A stretch of 64,000 nucleotides of DNA from positions 31,398 to 95,397 of the forward strand of contig CAKONK010000003.1 in NCBI GenBank assembly GCA_934097085.1, given 5' to 3'. Below the pieces are notes generated by a model that was not told the origin of the DNA, searched no databases, and saw only the letters and a program-made list of their open reading frames with translations. Numbering within the stretch: position 1 is the stretch's first letter; each line of letters begins with the position of its first letter. Of this stretch, positions 43,412-53,718 are shown one piece after another. A program made the position numbers and the translations under genes. Source of the stretch: an uncultured Bacilli bacterium (GTDB lineage Bacteria; Bacillota_I; Bacilli_A; RF39; UBA660).

Positions 43412-45064
43412 TCAATTTACTGTGTAAACATCATTATATGTTCCATTGCCCAATAACTTGGCTTTAGAGGATAGAGAAACGACGGGACGGGCACCAAAAT
43501 CAGTATTCACAGCATTATTGTTCAAAAAACCATGAGAAATTACATTAAACTCATTAGCAAATCCACTAGAATAGAAATAATAAGGCGAACCGGACCAATA
43601 ACTTTGGTTTGTATACAAATAATAGGTACTGTTGCTAGAGCCATAATTTCCACCTGCCATTGCTACTTCATCTGCTGTTATTAAGCCTACTGGGTAAGTT
43701 AATGCTTTATTTCCTATATTACTTTCCTTTGATGTAAATTTATCACTTTCTTCAGGACAAATTAATTGTGGTTCTTTCTTATTAATTAATCTTCCATATG
43801 CTCCATAGTAATAATTTGCTCCTGTTGATGTCCAAGCTGCTGTTTGGGTTGATGATGCACTTCTATCATTACAGAATATTTGATCTTGTGATACTAAAGG
43901 ATTATCTTTCAATGTTGTTCCTGCATACCACTTATCTATTGTCTGTTTTATTGTACTATTATATACTGTATTTCCATTTACTGTACAACTTGCACTTGTT
44001 CCATTACATTCTCCATAACCGTGTTGCTCACCTTCTATATATTGATAACCTACATATTCTGCTTTATTAAGACTACTATTAAAGGCATAAGTTGTTGCAT
44101 TTATTTGAGTACCTGTTCCAGTCATTACTGTTGCTGTACTACTTGTTGGAGCGTTTGTTCCTGAATATATCATCCTTATTGAACCATCACCATTTATTCT
44201 TATTATTCTCCAGTATATATCTTTAGTTCCTTCTTTTCCAAATTTTACCCAATTATTATCTACGGCTCCTCTATAATAGTAAGATGTTCCAAGGTCATCA
44301 GCTTTTTTATACATACCTTTATCATTTGCGGTAGTTACATTTTCAAAAGCACTATCAGGAAGTTCTGTAATATTATCCTTTCCACCATAATCTTTTAATA
44401 ATGTTATATATGCTGGTTCACTTGTACTGCAACTATGATTTGTTACATAAATTTTACCAGTAAAGGCTTTTCCTTCGATTGATGTCTGAGGAATAGTTAA
44501 GTTATAATATTTTCCTGTTATTGATATATTTTGAGTAGTTAATGTTCCATTACTTTCTATTGTTGCTCCACTTACTAGAGTTCTTTTTAATCCACTCCAA
44601 CTTGAATCATAATCAAAGTTCTTTTCATTTGCAAAGTTATTTGTTCCATTTACATTTGATACTTGTAATGTTATTTCTTTATTACCATTTTTTGTAGTCG
44701 GACTTTTACCATATACATTTGAGGTACTATCATATTCATAAACAATATCATATGTACAAGTTGTAAGTAAGTTTGCCGCTCCAGTTAAATTTACTGTTAG
44801 TGTTGCTGTATTTGAGGCTGCCGCTACTTCATTATTCGAGGCTGTTTGACTCATATTTGCTGCGGGTACTTGTAAATTAAGTTGTGTAGCATTTGAAATA
44901 AATGTTGCATTTCCAGGAGAAACTGCATTAATATTTACTGCTACATTATTATTTAAATTTACATCAAATGAACCAAAATAGGCAAATGATGCTGTTATTA
45001 CAATAAATAATAAAAGAATGCTTGCAAATACTCCCATTATTTTTATATTAATATTTTTTTCCAT
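43412..45064 (-). CDS. large N-terminally anchored surface protein, paralog 1
   Basis: N-terminal TM segment. C-terminal half shares long blocks with the 57864..59432 product: DDLGTSYYYRGAVDNNWVKFG...IYWRIIRINGDGSIRMIYSG, DQIFCNDRSA, VGLITADEVAMAGG, RPVVSLSS...YTV. Confidence 0.7.
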   Translation of the reverse strand: MEKNINIKIMGVFASILLLFIVITASFAYFGSFDVNLNNNVAVNINAVSPGNATFISNATQLNLQVPAANMSQTASNNEVAAASNTATLTVNLTGAANLLTTCTYDIVYEYDSTSNVYGKSPTTKNGNKEITLQVSNVNGTNNFANEKNFDYDSSWSGLKRTLVSGATIESNGTLTTQNISITGKYYNLTIPQTSIEGKAFTGKIYVTNHSCSTSEPAYITLLKDYGGKDNITELPDSAFENVTTANDKGMYKKADDLGTSYYYRGAVDNNWVKFGKEGTKDIYWRIIRINGDGSIRMIYSGTNAPTSSTATVMTGTGTQINATTYAFNSSLNKAEYVGYQYIEGEQHGYGECNGTSASCTVNGNTVYNSTIKQTIDKWYAGTTLKDNPLVSQDQIFCNDRSASSTQTAAWTSTGANYYYGAYGRLINKKEPQLICPEESDKFTSKESNIGNKALTYPVGLITADEVAMAGGNYGSSNSTYYLYTNQSYWSGSPYYFYSSGFANEFNVISHGFLNNNAVNTDFGARPVVSLSSKAKLLGNGTYNDVYTVN

Positions 45065-45135
45065 ACAAAAACTCTCCTTTATTTTATCTATAATAATTTA
45101 ATCATTATTTTGATATATTTTCAAGTGTGCTAATT

Positions 45136-45165
45136 AAAAAAAACTAGCATTTACTAGTTTAATTT
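45136..45165 (-). terminator. eno terminator R2; the stem includes the eno stop codon
   Basis: - strand AAA TTA AAC TAG TAAATG CTAGTTT followed by T-run. Confidence 0.7.
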
Positions 45166-46371
45166 ATCTTCGATTTCCATAAGTCGATTATATTTACAAA
45201 TTCTTTCTCCTCTTGAAACAGAACCTGTTTTAATAAAATCAAGATTTAGTCCTACACCTAAGTCCGCTATAAAGGTATCCATTGTTTCACCACTTCGATG
45301 AGAAATAATTGTTTTATACCCATTTTTCTTTGCGGTATAAATAGTATCTAAAAATTCAGTTACACTACCAACTTGATTAGCTTTAAGAAGTATTGCATTT
45401 CCTGCACCAAGTTCTATACCTTTTTCTAAATATTTTTTTTGAGATACAAATAAATCATCACCAACAATCATTATTTTACCATTAAAATATTTAGTTAATT
45501 TACTAAAACTTTCATAATCATTTTCTTCGAAAGGATCTTCAATACTTATAATTGGATATTTTTTTATTAAATCTACATAATAATCAAATAATTCATCCTT
45601 TGATAACTTTTTACCATCGACTAAATAGCTATTTCCATCATATAGTTCTGATGCTGCAACATCAAGGGCAAAAAATACATCAGTTCCTGGAGTATAACCA
45701 CTTTCTGTAATAGCTTTTACTAAAATCATTAAGGCTTCTTCATTTTTTTTTAAATCTGGTGCAAATCCACCTTCATCACCAACACCTGTTGATAAATGAT
45801 AACCCTTTAAAATAGATTTTAAAGTATTAAATATTTCACTTGCACATCTAATTCTTTCTTTTTCCTCTTTTTGAACAGGAACAAGCATAAACTCTTGAAT
45901 ATCTAAATTATTATCAGCGTGTTTTCCACCGTTTATAACATTAATCATTGGTACAGGCATATTAAATTTACCAGTACTAACAAACTCAAATAATTCTTTA
46001 CCTTCGAGTTTTGCTAAACATTTTAAAGCACATAGTGATACCCCTAAAATAGCATTAGCTCCAAGTTTAGATTTATTTTCAGTTCCATCAAGTTCAAGCA
46101 TCTTTTTATCAACATTTTTAATATTTAAATCCATATTATAAAGTGCTGGGAATATTATTTCATTAACATTTCTTACAGCCTTTAAAACACCTTTACCATG
46201 ATATCTTTCATCTTTATCACGAAGTTCTAAAGCTTCTTTACTTCCTGTTGAAGCTCCAGATGGAATAGATGATACAGCCTCCACTCCATTTTCTAGGACC
46301 ATTGTTACCTCTAAAGTGGGATTTGATCTACTATCAAGAATTTCTCTTGCTTTTATTTCTTTTATCTTCAT
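45154..46371 (-). CDS. eno: enolase
   Basis: REILDSRSNPTLEV, SHRSGET, GDDLFV and KANQVGS motifs. Confidence 0.9.
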   Translation of the reverse strand: MKIKEIKAREILDSRSNPTLEVTMVLENGVEAVSSIPSGASTGSKEALELRDKDERYHGKGVLKAVRNVNEIIFPALYNMDLNIKNVDKKMLELDGTENKSKLGANAILGVSLCALKCLAKLEGKELFEFVSTGKFNMPVPMINVINGGKHADNNLDIQEFMLVPVQKEEKERIRCASEIFNTLKSILKGYHLSTGVGDEGGFAPDLKKNEEALMILVKAITESGYTPGTDVFFALDVAASELYDGNSYLVDGKKLSKDELFDYYVDLIKKYPIISIEDPFEENDYESFSKLTKYFNGKIMIVGDDLFVSQKKYLEKGIELGAGNAILLKANQVGSVTEFLDTIYTAKKNGYKTIISHRSGETMDTFIADLGVGLNLDFIKTGSVSRGERICKYNRLMEIEDKLN

Positions 46372-46377
46372 AATTAC

Positions 46378-46956
46378 CTACCAAAATATCTTTGTTATCT
46401 CGTTTGCTCTTTTCTTAAGAAGTACTAAATCTGTTATATCAAGAATACTTGAAAGCACTAAAAATGTACCAATTACTTGTGTAACCGTAAGTGCGGAAAA
46501 TGGATTTGATAATACTAAAATTCCAAATACCATAAGCATTATTCCAATTACAAAAGTAATTAACCAAGATGAATCATCACCTATTTTAAACCATACACCA
46601 TAAGTTACTTTATTTGCTCCGAATACAATTAAATATAAACCTAAACAAATTGTTAAAAATGATGTAACTGAAAATGGAACTAATATAATAATTGCTCCGA
46701 TTAAAACAAGTATTATTCCAAAAAGTAAATTAAGTGAATAAAGTTTTGCACCATTTCTTGATATAAACTTATAAATTGTATTAATACCTGATAATGCAAA
46801 TAAAGCTCCAGTTATAACGCCAATTAACTTATTAGACATTTCTGGCATAAATATAAGTACTGCTCCAATTAAAGCAATAACAACTGAAGTTACTATAGAC
46901 ATCATAATAAATTTATTAAATCTATCACTTATTGTCTCTCTAACTATTCTTCCCAT
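46378..46956 (-). CDS. HdeD/DUF308-like membrane protein
   Basis: Six hydrophobic helices with repeated G-rich helix pairs. Start probably MGRIVRE. Confidence 0.55.
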   Translation of the reverse strand: MGRIVRETISDRFNKFIMMSIVTSVVIALIGAVLIFMPEMSNKLIGVITGALFALSGINTIYKFISRNGAKLYSLNLLFGIILVLIGAIIILVPFSVTSFLTICLGLYLIVFGANKVTYGVWFKIGDDSSWLITFVIGIMLMVFGILVLSNPFSALTVTQVIGTFLVLSSILDITDLVLLKKRANEITKIFW

Positions 46957-47059
46957 ATTTTTTTCACATCCTAACATATATATTATAATAATTTTTTTTA
47001 CTAATTGCAATTATTTATTTTTAATGATATAATATTCTCTTTAAAAAAGGAGGATAAAT

Positions 47060-48298
47060 ATGCAAATAAGAACAATTACTTTAAAAGAATTTCAAGATTT
47101 TTCTGAAAACTGGGAACATCAAAATTTTCATCAAAGTATTAGTTATGCTCTTTTAAAAAGTGAAGAGGGCTATGAATATGAAATGATTGGCTATTTTGAT
47201 GGTGAAAATATAGTTGCTAGTGCTCTTGTACTTGTTCAAATGATTAATAGTTATCTATATGCATATGTTCCCGAAGGCTTTTTAATTGATTATAAAAATG
47301 AAAATTTACTTAATAGTTTTACTAAAGACTTAATAAACTTTTATAAAAAAGAGGGTATTGCTTTTATAAGAATAAATCCTACAATACCTATTGCTAAAAT
47401 AGATAATAAAACAAAAAATCCTATATATAATGATAACTACCATATAATAGAAATATTAAATAGATGTGGTTATATAAAAATAGATACCTCTAAAGTATTT
47501 ACTTCAATATTACCTACTTATGAAGCAATTGTAAATTTAGATGATTTTAATATAAATAATTTAAGTAAAAATGTTAGAAATAAAATTAGAAAATGTGAAA
47601 GAAAAGGTTTAATTATAGAAAAGTCTGATGCACTAAGTATGGATAAATTATATAAATTTATTAAAAATAAAATACATAAAGATATGTTTCATTATAGTGA
47701 TTATTATAATATTTTTAATAAAGAAAATGCTATTGATTACTTTTTAGTTAAAATAGATAATGAAAGTTTAGCAATAAACAGTCAAAAAGCTTATGAAGAA
47801 GAAAAAGAAAAAAATGAACTTTTAAGTAAAAAACTTCTTAAAGTACCAAGTGAAAGAAATATTAATAAAAAGATGAATTCTGATAAAGCACTTCTTTGTT
47901 TAAAAGAGGATATTCTTCTTTCAAATAAGTATCTTGCTAATAATGAAAATAATTATATAGCGGGAGCTCTTGTTATAAAATGTAAAGATAAAATATCTAT
48001 TTTAGTAAGTGGTTATGATAAAAAATATCAATCATTTTCACCAAATTATTTCTTATTTTATAAAATATTAATGCATTATAAAAATAATTATAAATTTGCC
48101 TCTTTAGGAGGAGTTTCTGGTAACTTTTCAAAAGAAAGTAAATATTATGGACTAGATAATTTTAAAATGGGATTTAAACCAGATATATATGAATATATTG
48201 GAGAATTTGATTTAATATTAAATAAAATAAATTATTATTTCTTAAATAAAAAGAATTTAGTAGAAAAAGAATTTCAAAAAAATAAGTATCTAAAATAA
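47060..48298 (+). CDS. FemAB-family peptidoglycan aminoacyltransferase
   Basis: Two GNAT-like halves separated by a coiled-coil insert (AYEEEKEKNELLSKKLLK). FHQSISYALLK N-terminus. Confidence 0.75.
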   Translation: MQIRTITLKEFQDFSENWEHQNFHQSISYALLKSEEGYEYEMIGYFDGENIVASALVLVQMINSYLYAYVPEGFLIDYKNENLLNSFTKDLINFYKKEGIAFIRINPTIPIAKIDNKTKNPIYNDNYHIIEILNRCGYIKIDTSKVFTSILPTYEAIVNLDDFNINNLSKNVRNKIRKCERKGLIIEKSDALSMDKLYKFIKNKIHKDMFHYSDYYNIFNKENAIDYFLVKIDNESLAINSQKAYEEEKEKNELLSKKLLKVPSERNINKKMNSDKALLCLKEDILLSNKYLANNENNYIAGALVIKCKDKISILVSGYDKKYQSFSPNYFLFYKILMHYKNNYKFASLGGVSGNFSKESKYYGLDNFKMGFKPDIYEYIGEFDLILNKINYYFLNKKNLVEKEFQKNKYLK

Positions 48299-48305
48299 CA
48301 GATAC

Positions 48306-48509
48306 TTATTTTTGTAATAATAAATAAAGTTTTAAATATATAGAAATATCTTCATTATTATTTAATAAAACATTATATAAATCTATAGTTCTAATTCCCA
48401 TTTTATATGCAATATCTACCATATTTATTTTATTACTAGCAATTAGTTTTAAACATCTATTAGATATATTAGTTATAAAATCATTTTTTTCTTTCATTAG
48501 TTTCTCCAT
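48306..48509 (-). CDS. small HTH-like protein
   Basis: INMVDIAYKMGIRTIDLYNVL helix-turn-helix-like segment. Overlaps the upstream ORF by 29 nt. Confidence 0.45.
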   Translation of the reverse strand: MEKLMKEKNDFITNISNRCLKLIASNKINMVDIAYKMGIRTIDLYNVLLNNNEDISIYLKLYLLLQK

Positions 48510-49623
48510 AAATTACTTCATTTATTACTCTTTTATTTTTATTTACAAAATCAAAAGTTAAGTCAATTATACTCTGTTTATTACCAAATGCTAAAATATA
48601 TATGGTATTATTATGTTCAATAAAAGTTAGTGCTTGCTCACCAAAAGTATTAACTCTTATTATATAATTACTATCTATATTAACCTTTATTGGTTCAATA
48701 CCTTTTTTATAGTCTAAATTACCCATCTGGAGTTTATTTAATAGTTCTATTGGTATATTTATATCTGTTAAATTAATTACTTCATTAGGCATCTCAAATA
48801 CGTTTTCTTTAGGAATATTTTTTTTACATTCTTCATAAATATCATACATACTATCAAGTAATTTAGTTATATCTTCATCCGAAGATATATTAGAGTTAAT
48901 CATTATATCTAACTTTCTTTCAAGTGTTTGTAAAACTGTAAGTAAAGTAATAAAATTAACTTCAGGGTACATAGCATTATCAAAATCTAAATATGGTTTT
49001 GCAAGTGATAATATACTTACTACTGCTTCATTATTTAAATAATCTTTATATAAAAGTTCATTACTTTTAAGAAATGCAATTATAGAAATATATTTTTCAT
49101 TATGAAGAAAATTATCTTTAACTTTATTATCTCTTTTTGGAAGTTCAACTTTAGAAAGTGATGCATCAAAATTATTCTCAACAGGTTTTCTTTTATTAGG
49201 TTTATAATTAGATAAAACTATATTTATTTCACTAATAGAAAATTTATGTTTCATCATAAATTTAGTTATAAATGAATAATCAAGTGATCCATTATCAAAA
49301 TCCTCTTTTAAGTCTGATAATTCATAATATCTTTTATCTAAATTTTCAAAAATAGAACTATCTAAAATTGTTGATATAATAGAATCATATAAAGAAAATT
49401 CATAATAATCTTTTTCTGTTAAATTTTTACCCTCTATAATTAAGTTTCTAAAATCACTTCCAAAATATTTATTATTTTCAGGGTAGTCTAAAAGAGGATA
49501 TAATTTTTTTATATCCATCGAAGAAGTAAACTTTTTTAATATACCTAAAAAATTTAATTCAGATAAAATCTCTTTATAATACTCCATTAAATAACTATTA
49601 AATTTGTCCATTGTGTTTGTCAT
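48481..49623 (-). CDS. hypothetical 380-aa protein
   Basis: No enzymatic motif recognised. The C-terminal segment IIRVNTFGEQALTFIEHNNTIYILAFGNKQ has a RelE/HigB-like strand pattern (weak). Confidence 0.6.
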   Translation of the reverse strand: MTNTMDKFNSYLMEYYKEILSELNFLGILKKFTSSMDIKKLYPLLDYPENNKYFGSDFRNLIIEGKNLTEKDYYEFSLYDSIISTILDSSIFENLDKRYYELSDLKEDFDNGSLDYSFITKFMMKHKFSISEINIVLSNYKPNKRKPVENNFDASLSKVELPKRDNKVKDNFLHNEKYISIIAFLKSNELLYKDYLNNEAVVSILSLAKPYLDFDNAMYPEVNFITLLTVLQTLERKLDIMINSNISSDEDITKLLDSMYDIYEECKKNIPKENVFEMPNEVINLTDINIPIELLNKLQMGNLDYKKGIEPIKVNIDSNYIIRVNTFGEQALTFIEHNNTIYILAFGNKQSIIDLTFDFVNKNKRVINEVIYGETNERKK

Positions 49624-49643
49624 ATACTACTCTACCCTAGATA

Positions 49644-49708
49644 ATTTTAACATAATATAATTAAAGTTGCAAATAAAAAAACCACGAAATTACTTCAGTG
49701 ATTTTTAA
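49644..49708 (-). repeat. terminator-remnant plus promoter module, copy 1
   Basis: - strand ..AATTTCGTGGTTTTTTTATTTGCAACTTTAATTATATTATGTTAAAAT. About 49 nt are identical to copy 2. The promoter is TTGCAA-17-TAAAAT. Confidence 0.75.
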
Positions 49709-49741
49709 AATTTATTATACTTTTATATTTTTTAAATATGT

Positions 49742-50311
49742 TTAGTACCATTTTTGTAATTTTGGGTTTTCCCTATTTAATACTAATTTTTTTTCTTCCA
49801 TTTTTGAAGATTCATAGTACACATCACAAATACAGTCAAACTTTAACTCGTTATTACTACGGCTTATTTTAACACCTCTTCTTTGAAACTCATTATATAT
49901 TTTTCTTAAATTAAAACCAACAAATTTGTTTAAGATTTCTTCCCATATATTATTTTTATATAAAATACTTCTATTTGCATCATATTCTAAAGAATATTCC
50001 TTATTAAGAATAGAAAAGAATCTTGTTTCATCATTTTGTAAATTTGTAATTTTTAAAACATTATCAATTCCTTTAAAAGTTGATAAATATTTGATTCTAT
50101 ATACATTCGGAATAGGAATTCCAGCATTTTTATAAAACCATTTTTGTAATTGCTCTATATTATCAAAAAATAATGGACTTTTTGTACATTTACTTGTATG
50201 TGCTGGAATATAAACATCGCAATTTCTTTCATCGCTATAATAATACTCACCACCATAATAAGATATTTCATATGGAACAATATATAATAGTTCTATATCA
50301 TTTTCATTCAT
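49742..50311 (-). CDS. hypothetical 189-aa protein
   Basis: Start MNENDIELL after AAGAGG. No motif recognised. Confidence 0.6.
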   Translation of the reverse strand: MNENDIELLYIVPYEISYYGGEYYYSDERNCDVYIPAHTSKCTKSPLFFDNIEQLQKWFYKNAGIPIPNVYRIKYLSTFKGIDNVLKITNLQNDETRFFSILNKEYSLEYDANRSILYKNNIWEEILNKFVGFNLRKIYNEFQRRGVKISRSNNELKFDCICDVYYESSKMEEKKLVLNRENPKLQKWY

Positions 50312-50335
50312 ACCAAAACCTCTTTCTTTCACTAT

Positions 50336-50397
50336 ATTTTAACATAATATAATTAAAGTTGCAAATAAAAAAACCACGAAATTAATCGTGATTTTTA
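50336..50397 (-). repeat. tuf terminator plus promoter module, copy 2
   Basis: - strand ATCACGA-TTAATT-TCGTGGT followed by T7, then TTGCAA-17-TAAAAT. Confidence 0.75.
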
Positions 50398-50405
50398 GTT
50401 ATTCC

Positions 50406-51572
50406 TTATTTTAAAATTTCAGAAACAACACCGGCACCAACAGTTCTTCCACCTTCACGGATAGAGAATTTAGTACCTTTTTCAAGAGCTACTGGAGCAA
50501 TTAGTTCAACAGTCATGTCAACTTTATCGCCAGGCATAACCATTTCAACACCAGCAGGTAATTCAATAACACCTGTTACGTCAGTAGTTCTGAAATAGAA
50601 TTGTGGTCTATAATTTGAGAAGAATGGAGTATGTCTTCCGCCTTCTTCTTTAGATAGAACATAAACACTTGCTGTGAATTTTGTATGAGGTGTAACGCTT
50701 CCTGGTTTAGCTAAAACTTGTCCACGTTCAACATCATCTCTAGAAATACCACGAAGTAAAACTCCAGCATTATCTCCAGCTTCAGCAAAGTCTAATGTTT
50801 TTCTAAACATTTCAATACCAGTTACAACTGATTTTTGAGTAGGTCTTAAACCAACGATTTCAACTTCGTCATTAAGTTTAAGAATACCTCTTTCAACACG
50901 ACCAGTAACAACTGTACCACGTCCTGAAATAGTAAATACGTCTTCAATACTCATTAAGAATGGTTTTTCAGTATCTCTTACTGGTGATGGAATATATTCA
51001 TCAACAGCAGCCATAAGGTCACGGATACTCTTTTCAGCTTCAGGATCTCCTTCAAGAGCTTTAAGAGCTGAACCTCTTATGATAGGACATTCAGTGTCAT
51101 AATCATATTCTCCTAATAATTCTCTGATTTCCATTTCTACTAAATCAAGTAATTCTGGATCATCAACTTGATCACATTTGTTCATGAAAACAACAATTTT
51201 AGGTACTCCAACTTGTCTAGCAAGTAAGATATGCTCTCTTGTTTGAGGCATAGGACCATCTGCAGCTGATACTACTAGAATAGCACCATCCATTTGAGCT
51301 GCACCAGTAATCATGTTTTTTACGTAGTCAGCATGTCCTGGACAGTCAACGTGAGCATAGTGACGTTTTGCAGTCTCATACTCAACGTGTGCAGTATTAA
51401 TAGTAATACCCCTTTCTCTTTCTTCTGGAGCTTTATCGATATCTGCATAATCAACAAATTTTCCAAAGTATTTAGTGATCGCAGCAGTTAATGTAGTTTT
51501 ACCATGGTCTACGTGTCCAATAGTACCAATATTAACGTGTTCTTTAGAACGATCAAATTTTTCTCTTGCCAT
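50406..51572 (-). CDS. tuf: elongation factor Tu
   Basis: [14 protein letters not shown] and NKCD motifs. Full-length match to the EF-Tu pattern. Confidence 0.97.
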   Translation of the reverse strand: MAREKFDRSKEHVNIGTIGHVDHGKTTLTAAITKYFGKFVDYADIDKAPEERERGITINTAHVEYETAKRHYAHVDCPGHADYVKNMITGAAQMDGAILVVSAADGPMPQTREHILLARQVGVPKIVVFMNKCDQVDDPELLDLVEMEIRELLGEYDYDTECPIIRGSALKALEGDPEAEKSIRDLMAAVDEYIPSPVRDTEKPFLMSIEDVFTISGRGTVVTGRVERGILKLNDEVEIVGLRPTQKSVVTGIEMFRKTLDFAEAGDNAGVLLRGISRDDVERGQVLAKPGSVTPHTKFTASVYVLSKEEGGRHTPFFSNYRPQFYFRTTDVTGVIELPAGVEMVMPGDKVDMTVELIAPVALEKGTKFSIREGGRTVGAGVVSEILK

Positions 51573-51639
51573 ATAATATTTTCCTCCTTTTCTACTATTA
51601 TATTTTATCTAATGCTTGAAAAAATTTCAAGTATTATTC

Positions 51640-53712
51640 TTAATTAACGCTGTTTTTCTTAATAATATCTTCAGCGATTGATTTTGGAACCTCTTCATAG
51701 TGGTCCATAAACATTGTAAATGTTCCTCTACCTTGAGTATTACTTCTTAAAGAAGTAGCATAACCAAACATTTCAGCAAGTGGAACCATTGCAACTATTG
51801 AAAGCGCATTTCCTCTTGATTCATTACCCATAGGTTTTCCTCTTCTTGAAGTTAAGTCACCCATAACATTTCCTAAATATTCTTCAGGAACTACTACTTC
51901 AACCTTCATTATAGGTTCAAGAAGTACAGGTTTACATTTATTTTTTGCTTCTTTTAAAGCTAGTGATGCAGCAACTTTGAAAGCCATTTCTGATGAGTCA
52001 ACATCATGGTATGAACCATCAAATAATGTTGCTTTAACATCTACCATTGGATAACCAGCAAGGATACCACCAGCCATAGCCTCTTGTAATCCTTTATCTG
52101 TAACTGGAATATATTCTCTTGGAACTACTCCACCAACGATAGCATCAACAAATTCATAACCTTTACCAGGATTTGGTTCAAATCTAACCCAAACATGTCC
52201 ATATTGTCCACGTCCACCTGATTGTTTAATGTATTTACCTTCACATTCACCCATTTGAGTAAGTGTTTCACGGTAAGCAACTTGTGGTTTACCAACATTA
52301 CAATCAACGTTAAATTCTCTTCTCATTCTTTCAACAAGAACGTCTAAGTGAAGTTCACCCATTCCTGAAATAACTGTTTGACCAGTTTCATGATCAGTAT
52401 GATATTTAAATGATGGATCTTCACCAGCAAGTTTAGATAACGCAGTTGCCATCTTATCTTGATCTGCTTTACTCTTAGGTTCAATAGCAAGGTCAATAAC
52501 TGGTTCTGGAATTTCCATACCTTTTAAAATAACTGGATTTTTTTCATCGCATAGAGTATCTGCAGTAGTAGTATCTTTTAAACCTACAGCTGCGGCAATT
52601 TCACCTGCATAAACACAATCAATTTCTTTTCTTGTATTTGCATGCATTTGTAAAATACGACCAACTCTTTCTTTTTCACCTTTTGTTGAATTTAGTACAT
52701 AACTACCACTTGAAAGTTTACCAGAATAAACTCTAAAGAAGGTTAGTGTTCCAACAAATGGATCTGTCATAACTTTAAATGCTAAAGCAGTAAATGGTTC
52801 ATTATCATCTGCTTTTCTTAATACATCATTACCATTTTTATCTACACATTCAGCAGCACCAATATCAAGTGGGCTTGGTAAATAATCAATAACTGCATCA
52901 AGAGCAAATTTAATACCCATATTAGCTTTTGCACTACCTACAGTAACTGGGAAGAATTTAACTGCTAAAGTTCCTTTTCTTATTGCTCTTTTTACAAGAT
53001 CAACAGAAACTTCTTCACCCTCTAGGTATTTTTCCATTAACTCATCATCGAATTCAGCAACTGCTTCAATAAGGTCAGTTCTTTTTTCTTCGATGAAATC
53101 TTTCATATCTTCAGGAACATCTGTTTCTGTATATTTTTCATCTGCTGAACCATCATACATTAATGCCTTACGATTTAATATATCAATTATACCTTTGAAA
53201 TTAGATTCTGCACCAATTGGCCATGCAATAGGTTTTGCATTAACACCAAGTCTTTTCTTAATTGTTTCAAGACTATATTCATAATCAGCACCTAATTTAT
53301 CCATCTTGTTAGCAAAAACAAGACGAGGTACATTAAATTCAGTAGCTTGTCTCCAAACTGTTTCAGTTTGAGGTTCTACACCATTTTGAGCATCAAGTAC
53401 AGTAACTGCACCATCAAGTACTCTTAAACTTCTTTCAACTTCAATTGTGAAGTCTACGTGACCTGGAGTATCAATAATATTAAGTCTATAACCTTTCCAA
53501 TGTGCTGTTGTTGCAGCGGAAGTAATTGTTATACCTCTTTCTTTTTCTTGATCCATCCAGTCCATTTGGCTCTCACCATCGTGAGTTTCACCAATTTTAT
53601 GAATTTTACCAGTATGATATAAAACTCTTTCTGTAAATGTTGTTTTACCAGCATCTATGTGAGCCATTATACCAATATTTCTAGTTTTATCTAATGAAAC
53701 GTCTCTTGCCAT
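51640..53712 (-). CDS. fusA: elongation factor G
   Basis: [14 protein letters not shown] and NKMD motifs. 690 aa. Confidence 0.97.
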   Translation of the reverse strand: MARDVSLDKTRNIGIMAHIDAGKTTFTERVLYHTGKIHKIGETHDGESQMDWMDQEKERGITITSAATTAHWKGYRLNIIDTPGHVDFTIEVERSLRVLDGAVTVLDAQNGVEPQTETVWRQATEFNVPRLVFANKMDKLGADYEYSLETIKKRLGVNAKPIAWPIGAESNFKGIIDILNRKALMYDGSADEKYTETDVPEDMKDFIEEKRTDLIEAVAEFDDELMEKYLEGEEVSVDLVKRAIRKGTLAVKFFPVTVGSAKANMGIKFALDAVIDYLPSPLDIGAAECVDKNGNDVLRKADDNEPFTALAFKVMTDPFVGTLTFFRVYSGKLSSGSYVLNSTKGEKERVGRILQMHANTRKEIDCVYAGEIAAAVGLKDTTTADTLCDEKNPVILKGMEIPEPVIDLAIEPKSKADQDKMATALSKLAGEDPSFKYHTDHETGQTVISGMGELHLDVLVERMRREFNVDCNVGKPQVAYRETLTQMGECEGKYIKQSGGRGQYGHVWVRFEPNPGKGYEFVDAIVGGVVPREYIPVTDKGLQEAMAGGILAGYPMVDVKATLFDGSYHDVDSSEMAFKVAASLALKEAKNKCKPVLLEPIMKVEVVVPEEYLGNVMGDLTSRRGKPMGNESRGNALSIVAMVPLAEMFGYATSLRSNTQGRGTFTMFMDHYEEVPKSIAEDIIKKNSVN

Positions 53713-53718
53713 AAATGC

